A stretch of 64,000 nucleotides of DNA from an uncultured Azospirillum sp. (GTDB lineage: Bacteria; Pseudomonadota; Alphaproteobacteria; RF32; CAG-239), in contig CAMYUM010000004.1 of assembly GCA_947301965.1 (NCBI GenBank), positions 26,149 to 90,148 on the forward strand, read 5' to 3'. Below, piece after piece: positions 34,852-44,356 of the stretch (the first letter of the stretch is position 1; each line of letters starts with the position of its first letter). The notes below the pieces were generated by a model, which ran no database searches, had not been told where the DNA came from, and was given only the letters and a program-made list of their open reading frames with translations. The translations under genes and the position numbers were made by a program.

Positions 34852-35655
34852 ATGAAGCTGACTGATTTTATAAAGAAAAAAACACCAAAAAGCGATTCTT
34901 CCGCCAAAGTTCTTCCTTATGGCGAAAACATCATAACTTGCACTCATTTGAACAAACAGTTTATGGGCATCAAAGCCATTGATGATTTGAGCCTGCAAAT
35001 CCCTCAAGCCAAAACAACCGGTTTGATCGGACCTAACGGTTCCGGCAAAACCACGTTGATGAACATTTTGACCGGTCTTATCAAACCCGATTCCGGCAAA
35101 ATCACCGTCCGTGACAAACACCGCACGCGCATCAAATCCAACGAACTCCGCACTTATCGCATTGCCCGAACATTCCAGGACGGACGTGTGATTGAGCAGC
35201 TTTCGGTTGAAGACAACTTGCTCCTTCCGGTTGCCAAAAACACTTTGTGGGGTGGTTTTACCGAAATTAAAACCGATGACTATCAATCCCGTCTTGAAAA
35301 GGTTTTGGATATTACTTCGCTCAAAGATCATCGTCACAAAAGAGCAGAGGAGTTGTCATACGGTTTGCGCAAACTTTTAGAAATCGGTCGTCTTTTGATG
35401 CAGGATGCCGACATCTACTTTTTTGATGAGCCTTTTACCGGCCTTTTTCCCGAAATGGTAGAGCAGGTGTGCGACATCATTTCCGGTTTGCAAAAACAGG
35501 GAAAAACCATCGTTATCATCGAACATAACATGGGTCTGATAAAACGCTTGTCTGATTATATAATCGTGCTCGACCACGGCACATTGTTGGCCGAAGGTGA
35601 GCCTGATGCCGTCTTAAAGAACAAAAAAGTCCGTGAGGCCTATTTGGGAGTATAA
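34852..35655 (+). CDS. livG: ABC ATP-binding protein (LivG family)
   Basis: Walker A GPNGSGKTT, signature LSYGLRK, Walker B IYFFDEP, C-terminal VREAYLG. Confidence 0.85.
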   Translation: MKLTDFIKKKTPKSDSSAKVLPYGENIITCTHLNKQFMGIKAIDDLSLQIPQAKTTGLIGPNGSGKTTLMNILTGLIKPDSGKITVRDKHRTRIKSNELRTYRIARTFQDGRVIEQLSVEDNLLLPVAKNTLWGGFTEIKTDDYQSRLEKVLDITSLKDHRHKRAEELSYGLRKLLEIGRLLMQDADIYFFDEPFTGLFPEMVEQVCDIISGLQKQGKTIVIIEHNMGLIKRLSDYIIVLDHGTLLAEGEPDAVLKNKKVREAYLGV

Positions 35656-35657
35656 AA

Positions 35658-36725
35658 ATGAAAAAACTTTTATCAGTTTTATGTATGGTCTTGGCTCTTA
35701 CCGCTTGTGACAACAAAAAGGATACAACAGACAGCAAACCGATAGTCAAAATCGGATTGATTGTGCCGATGACCGGAGAGTATGCTCACTTTGGTGATGC
35801 CATGAAAAAAGGCATCAAACTCTTTGAACAGGACGATGCAACCAAAGCCTCATCTTATCAATACAAATTCTTTATTGAAGACGGAGCTTTCAATGCCTCT
35901 CGCAGTGCAATCATGGCCAAAAAACTTATAGAAGTTGACAAGGTAGATGTCATCATAACTTTGAGCTCTGACATCGGTTCGGTCATTTCTCCGATTGCTC
36001 AGGAGAGCCATGTAATTCACCTTTCTATGGCAACCGAACCCAACGTTGCCAAGGGCGAATATAATTTTACGGTCAGCACCCCGCCCAACCGCAACACCGG
36101 CAAAATGATTGAAGAACTCAAAAAACAAAATCTCCATCGCATTGCTTTTGTCATTCAAAACACCGCCATGATGCAATCTGTCGGTGAATATATCCGCGAA
36201 GCCGGACGCAACGGTGATATTGACATTATATCAGACAACGCCATCAACAGCGGTGAACGTGATTTCAGAATTTTGATTTATAAATTGTTGGAAGACAAAC
36301 CTGATGCCATGATTGTACAACTGCAACCGCCAGAGTTACAAATTTTTGTAGAACAACTGCGTAAAGCCGACAAAAACATTACCATTACCTCGGTTGAGTC
36401 ATTCGGTTATCCCGAAGACAAAAGCCTGTTTGAAGGCACATGGTTCTCGGGAGCAGTCATCCCGACCAAAGCTTATATCAACAAGTTTAAGGAAGTTACC
36501 GGTACAGATGATACTTACTATTCCGAGCTGTTTTATGCCGCTTTTGAGGTCATCAGAGCTGCTTACACTTCATCGGATAAAACGGTTGTCATCAACAACA
36601 TTCTCAACCTTAAAATGCAGAGTTTTTCAATCGGCGATGTTTCGTTTGATCAAAACGGTATGATGCAGACAGATGCTTATCTTTACACCATAAAGAATGG
36701 GCAGATGGAAGCCATTGAGGAGTAG
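35658..36725 (+). CDS. Liv-type substrate-binding lipoprotein, paralog 2
   Basis: MKKLLSVLCMVLALTACDNKK lipobox; VKIGLIVPMTGEYAHFG. Confidence 0.8.
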   Translation: MKKLLSVLCMVLALTACDNKKDTTDSKPIVKIGLIVPMTGEYAHFGDAMKKGIKLFEQDDATKASSYQYKFFIEDGAFNASRSAIMAKKLIEVDKVDVIITLSSDIGSVISPIAQESHVIHLSMATEPNVAKGEYNFTVSTPPNRNTGKMIEELKKQNLHRIAFVIQNTAMMQSVGEYIREAGRNGDIDIISDNAINSGERDFRILIYKLLEDKPDAMIVQLQPPELQIFVEQLRKADKNITITSVESFGYPEDKSLFEGTWFSGAVIPTKAYINKFKEVTGTDDTYYSELFYAAFEVIRAAYTSSDKTVVINNILNLKMQSFSIGDVSFDQNGMMQTDAYLYTIKNGQMEAIEE

Positions 36726-36728
36726 TAA

Positions 36729-37805
36729 GTGAAAAAACTTTTATTCAGTTTATTTATTCTCTTAGCCTTAACTGCTTGTAAAGACAAGCAGACGGTGTCC
36801 CAGTCTGTGATAAAAATCGGTGCTCTTTATCCAATGTCAGGTGATGGTGCTGTATATGGAAAAGCCGCCACAAATGCGGTTAATATATTTTTTGAGAACT
36901 TTAATAAAAAATCATCAAAATTTAAATATGAGGTTATTTTTGAAGACAATCAAAACCAACTATCCAAACAAGCGACTTTGGCTAAAAAACTCATAGATAT
37001 TGATAATGTTGATGTTATTATTACGGTGATGTCCAACTTTGGAGCAGTCGTATCTCCTATGGCTGAAAAGAACAAAACATTACACATCTCAACAGCAACC
37101 GATCCGAGTGTGGCAATAGGAAAATACAATATTATTGCCTCATCTAATCCGATTGGAGAAATAGATTTACTTTATAAAACACTTCTTCAAAACAACGCAA
37201 AAAATATTGATGTAGTTCTTGCCAATGTATCAGGAACGGAGATATTGCTTAGATATCTCAAGCAAAAAAATGATGAAGAAAGAAAACTGAATATCAACCA
37301 AATACACTACACTAACGTTGATGAAAAAGATTTTCGTATTATGCTCCACAAAATAAAAGACAGCAAACCTGATTATATTATTGCATTGTTGGCGATGCCG
37401 ACAATTGATGTTTTTATGCGCCAATACCGTGAAAATCAAATTAACATTCCGGTCACCGGTATAGAAACATTCAGTTATTTGCAAAATAAAGAACTTGCGG
37501 AAGGAATGTGGTATGTTGACGCGGCTCCGGCAACTGATGATTATATCCAAAAATATCAAGCAAAAACCGGTAGTGAAACGACAGATTATGCCGAATACAT
37601 GGATTTTATTTTGCAAATGATAACTTTTGGATATGAAGGGGCGGCTACAACAGACAGGGAACAGGTGGCAAACTACATTGAAAACAATGCGGCAGGTCAG
37701 AATACAGCGGTTGGTATTATTTCAACTGCACCGGATGGCTTCTTAAATGCCCAACCAGTAATTAGGAAAATTATTAACGGACAATCTGTGATTGTTAAGG
37801 AGTAA
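36729..37805 (+). CDS. Liv-type substrate-binding lipoprotein, paralog 3
   Basis: GTG start; lipobox LTAC; IKIGALYPMSGDGAVYG; closest by eye to paralog 8. Confidence 0.8.
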   Translation: MKKLLFSLFILLALTACKDKQTVSQSVIKIGALYPMSGDGAVYGKAATNAVNIFFENFNKKSSKFKYEVIFEDNQNQLSKQATLAKKLIDIDNVDVIITVMSNFGAVVSPMAEKNKTLHISTATDPSVAIGKYNIIASSNPIGEIDLLYKTLLQNNAKNIDVVLANVSGTEILLRYLKQKNDEERKLNINQIHYTNVDEKDFRIMLHKIKDSKPDYIIALLAMPTIDVFMRQYRENQINIPVTGIETFSYLQNKELAEGMWYVDAAPATDDYIQKYQAKTGSETTDYAEYMDFILQMITFGYEGAATTDREQVANYIENNAAGQNTAVGIISTAPDGFLNAQPVIRKIINGQSVIVKE

Positions 37806-37809
37806 AGTA

Positions 37810-38895
37810 ATGAAAAAACTTTTATCAATTTTATGCATGGTTTTGGCACTTGCCGCCTGTGGTAAAAAAGAAGAAAACCAAAACAATGTTAAGCTGACCG
37901 TCAAAATCGGTGCCTCGTTCCCCTTGAGCGGCAACATGGCATCAATCGGTAATGCCGCACAAAAAGCTTTGAGCGCAGCTATTGATGAAGTCAACAAAAA
38001 CCCTGACAACAAATATTTTTATCAATTGATTGTTGAAAACGATCAGATGGATCCCAGACAAATAAACAGCGTTGCTAGCAAATTTATTTATCAGGATCAG
38101 GTCAATGTAATGTTTTCATATTTTTCAATTGCCAACCGTATCATGGCGCCTCTTGCCGCACAAAATCAAATCATCAACTTCAGTTTTGGTTTTGGAAACG
38201 ACGGGTTGCAAAGCAAATATAATTTTCAAAATTTCTTGACCGTAGAAGCTGAAAACCAAGCGGTCATAAAATTTTTCAAAGCTAAAAAAATAAAAAATGT
38301 TGATTTGGTTTATCAAAACATCGGTGCTGCCGACGAATTCTTAAACCCGCTTTTGGTGTTGCTGAAACAAGAAGGCATTGCTTATAATGTTCATCGTTTC
38401 AACAAAAACGAGCGTGACTTTTCGATTCTCGTTTCCAAAATCAAAAACAGTTCATCTCAAGCCGTGTTAGTTTATGCCTTTGAACCCGAGGCCGATATTT
38501 TGACCAAAGAATTTCGCCAACAAAGTTTGAGCAAAATTGTTGCTTATAACGACGGCTTGCCCATGACCAACGATTATGACCTTTACGAGGGTTATTATAA
38601 CATCGGCTCGGTTTTAACGCCAGAGCAATACAAAATGCTTTGGGGCTTAAAAGGGCAAAATGCTGCTTATGCCACCTATCTTTATGACAGCGGAAAAATC
38701 ATTGTTGACGCTTATGAACATGCCCCTACCACTCATAAAGTTCCGACCGCAGATGAAATTTCTGATTATCTGCATGCACACGAGGTTTATTCCGGCGTAG
38801 TCAACAGTTATAAACTTGACGCCAAAGGTCAGTTCCACTCTGCCGGTCAAACCACAATTATCAAAAACGGTCAGTTGACAGTTTATGGAGATTAA
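37810..38895 (+). CDS. Liv-type substrate-binding lipoprotein, paralog 4
   Basis: MKKLLSILCMVLALAACG lipobox; VKIGASFPLSGNMASIG. Confidence 0.8.
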   Translation: MKKLLSILCMVLALAACGKKEENQNNVKLTVKIGASFPLSGNMASIGNAAQKALSAAIDEVNKNPDNKYFYQLIVENDQMDPRQINSVASKFIYQDQVNVMFSYFSIANRIMAPLAAQNQIINFSFGFGNDGLQSKYNFQNFLTVEAENQAVIKFFKAKKIKNVDLVYQNIGAADEFLNPLLVLLKQEGIAYNVHRFNKNERDFSILVSKIKNSSSQAVLVYAFEPEADILTKEFRQQSLSKIVAYNDGLPMTNDYDLYEGYYNIGSVLTPEQYKMLWGLKGQNAAYATYLYDSGKIIVDAYEHAPTTHKVPTADEISDYLHAHEVYSGVVNSYKLDAKGQFHSAGQTTIIKNGQLTVYGD

Positions 38896-38896
38896 A

Positions 38897-39973
38897 ATGA
38901 AAAAACTTTTATCAGCGTTATGTATGATTTTGGCACTAGCCGCCTGTGACAACAAAAAAGAAACTGTGCAAGCAAGCGGGAAACCCATTATAAAAATAGG
39001 TATTATTGCTCCATTAACGGGCAATTTAGCCATGGTTGGAGAAGGAATTAAAAGTTCGATTATTCTGGCTGAAGAAGATCTGAAAGCGCGTAATCTTAAA
39101 AATAAATATGAATTTGTTGTTGAAGATGATGGTTATGAAGCTCGTAAAACTGCTGTGATTTACCCCAAATTAAAGTCATTAGACAAAGTCGATGCCATTT
39201 TAAGTACTTTCTCCCAAACCGGCAAAATCATCGCCCCTCGTGCCGAAGCCGATAAGATACTTCATATAAGCCTATCATCTGATGCTGAAATTGCCAACGG
39301 CAAATATAATTTTTTAGATTGGACAACGCCAAAATATACGGCGAAGCGTCTGTTTGAATTTTGTAAAAAACACGATATCAAAAAGATTGTCAGCTTCGTT
39401 CCTAACAATGCGGGAGCATTACCGCAAGAAGGCGCTTTTATGGAACTTGCTCGAGAAGACGGAGAAATTGAAGTATCACGTCACCTTATTGCACCTGAAG
39501 AAAAAGAATTCAGAACACTGTTTGTAAAAACAGCCAAAGAAAAACCCGATGCTTACTTGGCACTGATTTACGGTGCAAGTTTTGTTCCTTTTTTTGAACA
39601 ATATCAAGAAACTCGACAAACTGCACTAGTAACAAGTATTGAAACTTTCGCCACTTTATCTGATCCCTCAATTGCAGAAGGCGCATATTATACCGATGCC
39701 GCTGTTGCCAATGACGCTTTTATAGAAAGGCACAAACAACGTTTTGGCCAAATCTCCAGATACGGTGTAGGCACAATGTATGATATGATTATGTTGACGG
39801 TTGAAGCTTTTGAAAACGCCGCAGATAAAAGCTCTGCCGTTGATGAGCTGGCAAAAATAAAACAGTACGATGGCGTTGTTGGTACATTAACTCAGGATGA
39901 TGAAGGTATTTTTAATTCTGAGGCTGTTTTAATGAAAATCGAAAACGGAAAAGTAATAAAGGTTGAGGAGTAA
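38897..39973 (+). CDS. Liv-type substrate-binding lipoprotein, paralog 5
   Basis: MKKLLSALCMILALAACDNKK; IKIGIIAPLTGNLAMVG. Confidence 0.8.
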   Translation: MKKLLSALCMILALAACDNKKETVQASGKPIIKIGIIAPLTGNLAMVGEGIKSSIILAEEDLKARNLKNKYEFVVEDDGYEARKTAVIYPKLKSLDKVDAILSTFSQTGKIIAPRAEADKILHISLSSDAEIANGKYNFLDWTTPKYTAKRLFEFCKKHDIKKIVSFVPNNAGALPQEGAFMELAREDGEIEVSRHLIAPEEKEFRTLFVKTAKEKPDAYLALIYGASFVPFFEQYQETRQTALVTSIETFATLSDPSIAEGAYYTDAAVANDAFIERHKQRFGQISRYGVGTMYDMIMLTVEAFENAADKSSAVDELAKIKQYDGVVGTLTQDDEGIFNSEAVLMKIENGKVIKVEE

Positions 39974-39977
39974 ACAG

Positions 39978-41057
39978 ATGAAAAAACTACTTTTATGTTT
40001 GTGCGCATTTCTTGCATTCACTGCATGCGATAACAAAAAAGAGACAGCATCAAATATCAAGCCAACCATTAAGATTGGTGCAATCTTACCGCTAAGTGGT
40101 GATCTAGCCATTTGGGGCAATAGTGAAAAACAGGGGCTTCTGCTTGCAAAAGAAAACTTACCACCTGAACTAAAAAACCAATATGAACTCGTTTTTGAGG
40201 ATTCTTCAAACGCCAACAAAAATATCCAACACCTTGCCCAAAAACTGATAAGCATTGACAGAGTTGATGCTGTCATAACCATGTTTGATCCGGCTGCAAA
40301 CATCGTCGGTCCCATGGCTTCAGCCAACAAAATTATCCACTTTGGGCAGTCTTGGTTTCCGCAATATGTTACAGACGAGTACAATTATAATGTTTATGCA
40401 GACATGCGAGCAGAAGCTCATTTGATAGCCGATTATCTTGCGAACAAAGGCATTCAAAAAGCTTATTTGTTCACTGTCAATCAAACAGGGTTTATCGGAG
40501 GAACAGATATCTTAAAAAAATTCCTTCAAGAAAAAAACATTGCTTATCAGGAAACAACTTTCAATTTCGGACAAACCGATTTTAGAACAGACATTGTCAA
40601 AACACAATCTTTCGGAGCAGAAGCCTATATCATTGGTGCATTTGCGCCGGAAGCTGACATTTTAACCAAACAACTCAAGCAAATTAATGGAAAAAACATT
40701 ATCGTTACCGGACTGGACTTGGGACTAAACATTGCTAACAAAAGTCTTTATGAGGGGAGCGTTTTTGGTTCGCCGGCAATGCCGAATAAATCTTTCTTAA
40801 AAGCCTATCAGGCAAAATATAATGACGAGAACTACTTGTTTGGCGCAACAGTCGGATATGTTTCTTTCAACGCAATTGTCCATGCTTTTGAAAAAAACAT
40901 CGGTCAGGATAAACAAGTTATTGCAACTTTCTTGAACACTGAACCTGATATCCCGACAATTTATGATGAAAAAATCGTCAAAAACAACGGATTGATTTAT
41001 ATCCCATCAAAATTATTGACAATAACAAATGATCAAATTGTTACTTACGAGGAATAA
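39978..41057 (+). CDS. Liv-type substrate-binding lipoprotein, paralog 6
   Basis: MKKLLLCLCAFLAFTACDNKK; IKIGAILPLSGDLAIWG. Confidence 0.8.
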   Translation: MKKLLLCLCAFLAFTACDNKKETASNIKPTIKIGAILPLSGDLAIWGNSEKQGLLLAKENLPPELKNQYELVFEDSSNANKNIQHLAQKLISIDRVDAVITMFDPAANIVGPMASANKIIHFGQSWFPQYVTDEYNYNVYADMRAEAHLIADYLANKGIQKAYLFTVNQTGFIGGTDILKKFLQEKNIAYQETTFNFGQTDFRTDIVKTQSFGAEAYIIGAFAPEADILTKQLKQINGKNIIVTGLDLGLNIANKSLYEGSVFGSPAMPNKSFLKAYQAKYNDENYLFGATVGYVSFNAIVHAFEKNIGQDKQVIATFLNTEPDIPTIYDEKIVKNNGLIYIPSKLLTITNDQIVTYEE

Positions 41058-41061
41058 TCAT

Positions 41062-42087
41062 ATGAAAAAGCTACTTTTAAGTTTATGCATACTTTTAGTA
41101 CTCACCGCTTGCAAGGATGAGAACAAAACAACTGCCCAAGCACAAGCCAAACCAACCATAAAGATTGGCATAATTTTGCCATTGACCGGAACAAATTCTT
41201 ATATGGGTGCACAGATGCAAGAAGGGTACGAATTTGTTAAAGAATACGAACATCCTAGCATAAATTATCAACTGATTTATTTTGACGATCAACAATCTTC
41301 ATCAAAAGCGGCAGTAGGAATCAAAAAATTAATAGATGTTGACAAAGTTGATGCCTTGCTGACCGCAACATCTCAAACCTCCAGCATTGCTGCACATGCT
41401 GCCGAAAAAGCTAAAATAATTCATTTAGGTATATCTAGCGATACTCGTTTTACTGAAAGAGATTACAATTATACTATGGCTCCGGACGCACAGGATGAAT
41501 CAGCTGTATTACTGCAATATATGCAAGACCACGGATATCAAAAGATAGCACTGCTTACAGCTAACGAAATGTATGCCAATTTGGTAGAAGAGAACATAAG
41601 CAAACTGGCAGAAAAATATGGCATGCAGATAACTTTCAACGAAAAATTTAATCTCGGAGCAACAGACTATCGCATACTGTTGCACAAAGCTGTTCAAACC
41701 AACCCTGATATTTTTCTTATAGAAACTTTTCCGCCAGAAATTGATATTTTGACCAAGCAACTGCTAGAAATCAATCCTGAAGCCAAAATAACCTCTCAGT
41801 ATGCATTCTTCATATCGTCCAACCCGGATTTATACAAAGGACGTTTTTGCCTGAATGTCGGAAGCAAGAACGAGGTGTTTAAAAAAGCTTTTTATGAAAA
41901 ATACGGCAAAGGACTGGAACAAATGTCAGCCACAGCTTATGCTCAACTGTCATTAATACTGGACATTTTACAACACAAAGACAAAACTTTTGACGAAGTT
42001 GTAAAAGAAAATAACAGTATTTTCGGTCAATTGACATTAAACAATCGTTGCGTAAGATATCAACCTATTGTAGAAGTATTGGAGTAA
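41062..42087 (+). CDS. Liv-type substrate-binding lipoprotein, paralog 7
   Basis: MKKLLLSLCILLVLTACKD; IKIGIILPLTGTNSYMG. Confidence 0.8.
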   Translation: MKKLLLSLCILLVLTACKDENKTTAQAQAKPTIKIGIILPLTGTNSYMGAQMQEGYEFVKEYEHPSINYQLIYFDDQQSSSKAAVGIKKLIDVDKVDALLTATSQTSSIAAHAAEKAKIIHLGISSDTRFTERDYNYTMAPDAQDESAVLLQYMQDHGYQKIALLTANEMYANLVEENISKLAEKYGMQITFNEKFNLGATDYRILLHKAVQTNPDIFLIETFPPEIDILTKQLLEINPEAKITSQYAFFISSNPDLYKGRFCLNVGSKNEVFKKAFYEKYGKGLEQMSATAYAQLSLILDILQHKDKTFDEVVKENNSIFGQLTLNNRCVRYQPIVEVLE

Positions 42088-42091
42088 CACA

Positions 42092-43177
42092 ATGAAAAAA
42101 CTGATTTTAATTCTGTGTATGTTCTTGGTTCTTGCCGCTTGCAAAGATAAAAATGGTGCTCAGGCAGATACAAGACCGACTGTCAAAATCGGTATTCTGT
42201 ATCCTCTGTCAGGTGATGGCGCAAGTTTAGGAGAGGCCGGCAAAGCTGCCGCTGACATGTTCTTTGAGGAGTTCAATCAAAAACCGCACAAATTTAATTA
42301 TCAAGTTATTTTTGAAAACAATCAAAACAAACTCTCTCAACAAGCAATACTGGCACAAAAATTAATTGATGCTGACAAAGCAGATGTGCTAATTACTGCC
42401 ATGTCTAATTTTGGTGCTATAGTTTCACCAATGGCTGACAAACGCAAGGTCATGCATGTTTCCATAGCGACAGATCCGACAGTAGCCGAAGGAAAGTATA
42501 ACATAATTGCATCTTCAAACCCGACGGGAGAAGCTGAGTCGTTGTACGCACAACTAAAAAAACACAATGCAAAAAGTGTTGATGTTATTGTTATGAACGC
42601 AACGGGTTCTCAAACAATGCTTGATTATTTTGAAACAAAATTAAAAAAAGAACAAGATCTCACGATTGGTCAGATCTATCACGTTAATCCCGATGAAAAA
42701 GATTTTCGCCTAATGTTGGCAAAAATAAAAAAGAACAATCCTGACTATATAGTTGCGTTTTTATTCATGCCTACAATCGATGTGTTTATGAAACAATACA
42801 AAGAGTCTGACATAAATATTCCCGTAACAGGCATTGAAACTTTTACGTATCTGCAAAACAAAAAACTGGCTGAAGACCTATGGTACGTTGATGCGGCTTC
42901 TGCAACAAATGAATTTTCAAGCAAATATCGAGCAAAAACAGGCAAGACATCAACAGATTATGCTGAATACATGGATTTCTGCCTGCAGGTCATAACCTTT
43001 GGTTATGAAGGTGCAGGAACAACCGACAAAGAACAGGTTATCACATACATTCAAAACAACAGTACCGGACAAATAACCGCGGTCGGACAAATCACCACCG
43101 AACCCGACGGAATTTTGAACGGACAACCGGTTATCAAAAAAATCATCAATGGTGAACCCGTCATTATAGAGGAGTAA
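42092..43177 (+). CDS. Liv-type substrate-binding lipoprotein, paralog 8
   Basis: MKKLILILCMFLVLAACKD; VKIGILYPLSGDGASLG; aligns along its whole length with paralog 3. Confidence 0.8.
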   Translation: MKKLILILCMFLVLAACKDKNGAQADTRPTVKIGILYPLSGDGASLGEAGKAAADMFFEEFNQKPHKFNYQVIFENNQNKLSQQAILAQKLIDADKADVLITAMSNFGAIVSPMADKRKVMHVSIATDPTVAEGKYNIIASSNPTGEAESLYAQLKKHNAKSVDVIVMNATGSQTMLDYFETKLKKEQDLTIGQIYHVNPDEKDFRLMLAKIKKNNPDYIVAFLFMPTIDVFMKQYKESDINIPVTGIETFTYLQNKKLAEDLWYVDAASATNEFSSKYRAKTGKTSTDYAEYMDFCLQVITFGYEGAGTTDKEQVITYIQNNSTGQITAVGQITTEPDGILNGQPVIKKIINGEPVIIEE

Positions 43178-43180
43178 CTC

Positions 43181-43879
43181 ATGCTCGAACTCAAAAACAT
43201 CACCGCAGGTTATGGTAAAAAAGTTGTTTTAAGCGATGTTTCTGTTGCATTTAAGGACAACACCGTAACTGTTGTTATGGGACCGAACGGTGCCGGCAAA
43301 TCCACTTTGCTCAAAACCGCATATGGTTTGCTCAAAAAAAGTGCCGGTGATGTTTTTCTTGACGGTCAAAAAATAACTCCGTCACCGCAACATTTTGTGG
43401 AAAAAGGTATTTTTATGATACCGCAGGGCAAGCGCGTTTTCCGCCACATGACTGTGAGAGAAAATCTTGAACTTGCCACACATTTTTGGAAAGACAAATC
43501 AGTTTTTCCCGCTCGTTTAGAAGAAACTTTAACTCAGTTTCCTGATCTTAAAGATCGCCTTGATGGTTTGGCCGGTAACCTTTCCGGCGGTCAACAACAA
43601 ATGGTTGCCTTGGCTCGCGGCCTGTTGAACAAACCTAAAATGGTTTTTATGGATGAGCCGTCCATAGGTCTTTCCCCCAAACTGATCAACGATATTTTTC
43701 ACACCATAAAACAAATCAAAGACACAACCGGCACATCTTTTGTGATTGTTGAACACAATCTCAAAACCTTGTTACCATTGACCGATTGGGCGTATATTTT
43801 AGAGCAGGGGCAAGTAATTTACGACGGACCGTCTGAAGGCAAAACACTCGAAAAAATGCTCTCCGCCGTGTTCAAATAA
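43181..43879 (+). CDS. livF: ABC ATP-binding protein (LivF family)
   Basis: Walker A GPNGAGKST, signature LSGGQQQM, Walker B VFMDEPS; 232 aa. Confidence 0.85.
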   Translation: MLELKNITAGYGKKVVLSDVSVAFKDNTVTVVMGPNGAGKSTLLKTAYGLLKKSAGDVFLDGQKITPSPQHFVEKGIFMIPQGKRVFRHMTVRENLELATHFWKDKSVFPARLEETLTQFPDLKDRLDGLAGNLSGGQQQMVALARGLLNKPKMVFMDEPSIGLSPKLINDIFHTIKQIKDTTGTSFVIVEHNLKTLLPLTDWAYILEQGQVIYDGPSEGKTLEKMLSAVFK

Positions 43880-43887
43880 AAAAACAA

Positions 43888-44340
43888 TCACAACTGGGAA
43901 ACCAACTCTTTAACATAGACTCTTGTGGCTTTGCCTTCGCGGTTGGTCATTATCTTCCAAAACGTAAAACCATATTTTTCATACAGACCGGTTTCTTCCG
44001 TTGAAATATAGATTCTTTCGGTTTTTGCTGTCGAGCAAATATGCTCAATCAATTTACCTGCATTATGCTTGCCTCGATACTCAGGAAAAGTGTATACAAA
44101 ACCGATCCAGGGCGACAATTCCGGTGCATCAATTTCATCTTGCTCAGCCAAGACCGCAAAAGAAATCAGTTTATTATCATCTTCTAAAAGGTAAACTTCT
44201 GCCGAATTTCCGCACGCCTTTTTCAGCTTGTTTTTATCAAGCAGAGTATAAAGAAGTTTAGCGGCAGACCAATCGCTCTTGCCGATTTCGTTTTTCCAAT
44301 GTTCTTTGTCTTGAGATTGATAATACCTGATAATTCTCAT
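43888..44340 (-). CDS. GNAT-family N-acetyltransferase
   Basis: Acetyl-CoA motif FVYTFPEYRGKHNAGKLIEH; 150 aa. Confidence 0.7.
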   Translation of the reverse strand: MRIIRYYQSQDKEHWKNEIGKSDWSAAKLLYTLLDKNKLKKACGNSAEVYLLEDDNKLISFAVLAEQDEIDAPELSPWIGFVYTFPEYRGKHNAGKLIEHICSTAKTERIYISTEETGLYEKYGFTFWKIMTNREGKATRVYVKELVSQL

Positions 44341-44356
44341 CTGCTCTTGCTCGTTT

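Noticed and set aside
39929-40384. Long antisense ORFs inside real genes. Examples: 39929..40384, 34789..35337, 48735..49430, 23590..24099, 56402..56869, 56873..57289, 1053..1508, 5127..5609, 33008..33442, 19897..20289
   Set aside because: Each overlaps a strongly supported gene on the opposite strand or in another frame. Their compositions are odd (rich in Cys, His, Arg and Phe), and they lack RBS or motif support. These are typical shadow ORFs.
32880-43200. Regularly spaced conserved segments every ~1.08 kb, considered as a CRISPR-like or other non-coding repeat array
   Set aside because: The repeats are the stop, RBS and signal-peptide junctions of the tandem SBP genes. The 'spacers' are full-length coding sequences, so this is not a CRISPR array.
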